Of a stretch of 64,000 nt of DNA, positions 60,440 to 64,000 are shown in pieces. Location: positions 1,415 to 65,414 of the forward strand of contig CAWGNW010000012.1 in NCBI GenBank assembly GCA_963824045.1, written 5' to 3'. The translations under genes and the position numbers were made by a program. Position 1 is the first letter of the stretch. Each line of letters opens with the position of its first letter. The DNA is from an uncultured Gammaproteobacteria bacterium (lineage in GTDB: Bacteria > Pseudomonadota > Gammaproteobacteria > UBA9214). Below the pieces are notes generated by a model. The model saw only the letters and a list, made by a program, of their open reading frames with translations, ran no database searches and had not been told where the DNA came from.

Positions 60440-61777
60440 TTATTGCCGGTCAACCTGCGGGCCGGCGGGTTCGGCTGTTGCCGCCGGTTTCCGGTTCCCG
60501 CTGTCCAGAAATGTTTTCGCAAGCTCGGGGTAAAGGGATTCAGGGCATACAATGCGCGATGTGATATAGGCTATGAATGCTGTAGCCATCAACGGCAACA
60601 CCAGTCCCGTATCCTGGGTCATCTCCATGACAATCACCAGTGCGGTGATCGGCGTCTGCACCACACCGGTAAAATATCCGACCATGCCAAGGATGATGAC
60701 TGCTCCCATTTCCGTATCGGGCATGAGCACAGACAGCGTCGAACCCAGTCCGGCTCCGGTTGCCAGCGAGGGGGAGAAAATGCCGCCGGGTATGCCGCTC
60801 AGGTAGGAGCCCAGTGTCGCCAGCATTTTCAGCACAGGGTAACTGGCCGGCAATTCACCGCTCCCGGTCATGATCATCCTTGCCTCCTGGTAACCCGTGC
60901 CGAACGTCAGGCTTCCACTCAGCATGCCCGTCAGGGCGATAAATACGCCACAGGTTGCGGCCAGCATGTACGGATGCCTGTTTGCCAGTGGTGCGATGCG
61001 GCGCGTGCTCCAGATGAGCACATGGCTGAAGATGCCTCCCAGCAGACCGCCGGAAATACCGCAGATCAGTACGGGCTTGAGTGTTTCGAACGGTGTGAGC
61101 GTGGCGGAGCTGGAGCCGAAGTAGGCATAGTTTCCCTGGATTATCACAGCGGTGATGCCTGCGAGAAAGACCGCGGTCAGCAGCGTGCCGCTGGTTTTAG
61201 CCTCGAAACTCTTGCTCATTTCCTCGATGGCAAACAGGATCCCTGCCAGGGGTGTATTGAACGCAGCGGCAATGCCCGCGGCACTGCCCGCGAGTATCAG
61301 CCCGCGGTCCATGTAATGCATGGGAAAATTGGCAAATCGTCCCAGTGAGAACATAATCGATGCGCCGATATGCACCGTGGGACCTTCACGACCGATTGAT
61401 GCCCCCGAGAGTATTCCGATCAGGGTAAGCAGGATTTTGCCAAAGACAATCCGCAGTGAGAGTATTCTGCTGCGGATGCTGTGTTCGGTCATGGCAAGTG
61501 CTGCGATCGACTGCGGGATGCCACTGCCCTGCGAGCCGGCAAACAGGTTCCGTGTCAGGAAGGCAACGACAGCCAGGCCCACCGGGCAGACGACCAGCGG
61601 TGCGAGTGCCCAGGAATCGTGCATCATGTGAAACCACTTGTTGGCAATTTCAGATGCCAGGGCAAATGCGACAGCCACGAGGCCAACGGTCACGGCGCCT
61701 GCCCAGAACACCAGACGTGTCTTCCATGCGTCCGGGGAGAGAAGGTCCCGTCCGGCTGTCTTCAGGCGTGTGAACAT
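60440..61777 (-). CDS. ClC-family chloride channel/transporter
   Basis: GSGIP, GREGP, GIFSP signature motifs. Confidence 0.93.
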   Translation of the reverse strand: MFTRLKTAGRDLLSPDAWKTRLVFWAGAVTVGLVAVAFALASEIANKWFHMMHDSWALAPLVVCPVGLAVVAFLTRNLFAGSQGSGIPQSIAALAMTEHSIRSRILSLRIVFGKILLTLIGILSGASIGREGPTVHIGASIMFSLGRFANFPMHYMDRGLILAGSAAGIAAAFNTPLAGILFAIEEMSKSFEAKTSGTLLTAVFLAGITAVIIQGNYAYFGSSSATLTPFETLKPVLICGISGGLLGGIFSHVLIWSTRRIAPLANRHPYMLAATCGVFIALTGMLSGSLTFGTGYQEARMIMTGSGELPASYPVLKMLATLGSYLSGIPGGIFSPSLATGAGLGSTLSVLMPDTEMGAVIILGMVGYFTGVVQTPITALVIVMEMTQDTGLVLPLMATAFIAYITSRIVCPESLYPELAKTFLDSGNRKPAATAEPAGPQVDRQ

Positions 61778-61944
61778 TGCAGGCACATGGTATCGAAATT
61801 TATGGTGAACGATACTCTGTGTGATTGCGATTCAGCAAGATGGCACGAAGTGACCGGTGTGACAACATCACCCGGATACGCCGGGCGGCCACCGGTTAAC
61901 GGGGCCCGGTGAGTTTTGCTTAATTCGTCCATTTACTGTAAAAA

Positions 61945-62985
61945 ATGCCCATGATGATCAAGGTAGGTGTCGTAGGTGGAACCGGCTATACCGGTGTGGA
62001 ATTGTTGCGGTTGCTGGCCGCGCATCCCGGTGCGGAGCTGGTCGTGATTACTTCCCGCTCGGAAGCGGGGCTGCCGGTGGCGGACATGTTTCCCAACCTG
62101 CGCGGCAGTCTTGATATTGCGTTTACCGAGCCAGACCCTGAAGTGCTGCAATCCTGTGACCTGGTGTTTTTTGCAACGCCGAATGGCATCGCGATGACCA
62201 TGGTGCCGGAGTTGCTCGCAGCAGGCGTGCGGGTGATCGACCTGGCTGCGGATTTCCGGCTGCGGCAGGCGGATGAATGGGCGCAGTGGTACGGCATGCC
62301 GCATGCATGCCCGGACTATCTGCAGCGTGCCGTCTACGGGCTGCCGGAAATCAACCGTGATGCGATTGCCGGGGCGCAGCTGGTGGCCAACCCGGGTTGC
62401 TATCCGACCGCCGTGCAGCTGGGTTTCCTGCCCCTGATTGAAGAGGGCCTGGTCGACCTGGATTACCTGATTGCCGATGCCAAGTCCGGGGTGAGCGGTG
62501 CCGGGAGGAAGGCGGCGACTGCCAACCTCCTGAGCGAGGCCAGCGAGAACTTCAAGGCGTACGCCGTTCCCGGACATCGCCACCTTCCGGAAATCCGCCA
62601 GGGACTTGAGCTGATCTCCGGACATCCGGTCGGTCTGACCTTTGTGCCGCACCTGACACCGATGATACGTGGCATCCATGCGACGCTGTATGCCAGGCTG
62701 CGCGACACCGAACGCGATTTGCAGGCGCTCTACGAAGCCCGCTTCGGTGATGAGCGGTTTGTCGATGTCCTGCCAGCAGGTGCTCACCCCGAGACCCGTA
62801 GCGTGCGCGGTGCCAATCACTGCCGTATTGCGCTGCACCGTCCACAGCAGGGGGATATAGTTGTGGTCCTTTCCGTGATCGACAATCTCGTCAAAGGTGC
62901 GGCCGGCCAGGCGGTACAGAACATGAATATCATGTTCGGTATTGCCGAAGAGGCCGGTTTGCAGGGAATTGCGCTGTTGCCCTGA
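61945..62985 (+). CDS. argC: N-acetyl-gamma-glutamyl-phosphate reductase
   Basis: [40 protein letters not shown]. Confidence 0.97.
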   Translation: MPMMIKVGVVGGTGYTGVELLRLLAAHPGAELVVITSRSEAGLPVADMFPNLRGSLDIAFTEPDPEVLQSCDLVFFATPNGIAMTMVPELLAAGVRVIDLAADFRLRQADEWAQWYGMPHACPDYLQRAVYGLPEINRDAIAGAQLVANPGCYPTAVQLGFLPLIEEGLVDLDYLIADAKSGVSGAGRKAATANLLSEASENFKAYAVPGHRHLPEIRQGLELISGHPVGLTFVPHLTPMIRGIHATLYARLRDTERDLQALYEARFGDERFVDVLPAGAHPETRSVRGANHCRIALHRPQQGDIVVVLSVIDNLVKGAAGQAVQNMNIMFGIAEEAGLQGIALLP

Positions 62986-63076
62986 CGTGGTACTGCCTGA
63001 TGACTTTATGTGACCTGTATCCTGCCGTGCCCGCCGCAGTGTGTCATGCTTGTGCGGCATACCCCGGTTGCCAGCC

Positions 63077-63772
63077 ATGCTGCACAGCTACCTGATACGC
63101 GCGGCGCTGCTGCTCGGGAGTCTCGCGCTGCTCGCGGCCGGCTGGTGGTTGTATGACCTTGGCAAGCTGCACGGGGCCGATGAGCTCAGGTCCCTGCGGA
63201 CCCGGCACGGGGTGCTGGAGAAGCGTCACCGCAAGGTGCTCGGGGAGAACAGGGAATTACGTGAAAAGGTTGCGATACTGCAGCGTTCCAGCCAGATTGA
63301 CCGGCAGGCGGCGCTGGACGTGAAGGCGGACCTCGCCACGCTTGAGGAAGAACTGCAGGCTGCCCGCGAGGAGATTGAGTTCTACCGCGGCATTGTTTCT
63401 CCGGGGGATGTCAAACCCGGCCTGCGAATCCACCGCTTCCAGCTGGTTGCCGGGGGTGCCGCAGGAGAATATCGCTACGACCTGGTGTTAACGCAGTTGA
63501 AACACAATGACAACCATGTCAGCGGGGTTGCCGATTGGAAGATTGTCGGTACCTTGAACGGGGAACACGGCGAACTCGGACTTGCCGAGGTGACCCGGCC
63601 GGCGGTGCAGCAACTGAAGTTCAAGTTTCGCTATTTCCAGGATATTGCCGGAACCCTGTATCTGCCGGATGGCTTCGAGGCCAGGAAGGTGATTCTGAAA
63701 ATCAAGCCTGATGGTAAAGGCAATCCGCCGCCTGTCGAACAGGAATATGACTGGCCTGATCGCGGGCCTTAA
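63077..63772 (+). CDS. Membrane-anchored coiled-coil protein (DUF6776-like)
   Basis: TM, coiled coil, EFYRGIVSP, FRYFQ; sits between argC and bactofilin. Confidence 0.75.
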   Translation: MLHSYLIRAALLLGSLALLAAGWWLYDLGKLHGADELRSLRTRHGVLEKRHRKVLGENRELREKVAILQRSSQIDRQAALDVKADLATLEEELQAAREEIEFYRGIVSPGDVKPGLRIHRFQLVAGGAAGEYRYDLVLTQLKHNDNHVSGVADWKIVGTLNGEHGELGLAEVTRPAVQQLKFKFRYFQDIAGTLYLPDGFEARKVILKIKPDGKGNPPPVEQEYDWPDRGP

Positions 63773-63788
63773 CGAGGGAGAGGACATT

Positions 63789-64000
63789 ATGCTGGGACAG
63801 GGCAAGAAACCGAAAACCGCTGGCACCAAGGTGGATACGATCATCGGCAAGCAAACCCGCATCGAGGGTGATGTGCATTTCAGCGGCGGCCTGCACGTGG
63901 ATGGCAGGATCAAGGGAAACATTATCGCCGCAGATGGTTCCGCGTCGGTACTGACGGTGAGCGAGCACGGTGACATCGAAGGTGATGTGCGTGTGCCTAC
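63789..64000 (+). CDS. Bactofilin (truncated by window edge)
   Basis: DTIIGKQTRIEGDVHFSGGLHVDGRIKGNI..LTVSEHGDIEGDV beta-helix repeats; GAGG RBS. Confidence 0.9.
   Translation, partial: MLGQGKKPKTAGTKVDTIIGKQTRIEGDVHFSGGLHVDGRIKGNIIAADGSASVLTVSEHGDIEGDVRVP

Overview
This is a GC-rich (~60% by eye) gammaproteobacterial chromosome segment made up mostly of housekeeping genes: aroQ-accB-accC-prmA-dusB-fis-purH-purD, lemA/htpX-like, rho, trxA, rhlB, gspCDEF, cpdA, argA/argE, a GGDEF-EAL protein, a persulfide dioxygenase, ilvD, ampD, rppH-ptsP, a di-haem cytochrome c peroxidase, yggX, hemJ, folE, a ClC transporter, argC and bactofilin. It also holds a vitamin B12 uptake locus with a cobalamin riboswitch, a Fur-boxed porin/FMN-binding/PepSY operon and an IscA-like + ATP-grasp pair. 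The first 2.2 kb is a triple nest: an IS256 sits inside a group II intron, which sits inside an IS3 transposase, and the intron's putative EBS1 matches the IS3 catalytic-motif codons. The most unusual structure is a family of five heptanucleotide (GTGAGAA/TTCTCAC) repeat elements at gene 3' ends, four of them inverted-repeat hairpins. They supply the stop codons of five genes, two share a conserved ~79-nt core with long perfect arrays, and two others bracket the lemA-htpX cassette. Nine +1 frameshifts between 16 and 38 kb are most likely sequencing errors. All calls were made by eye from motifs and synteny; no database searches were run.
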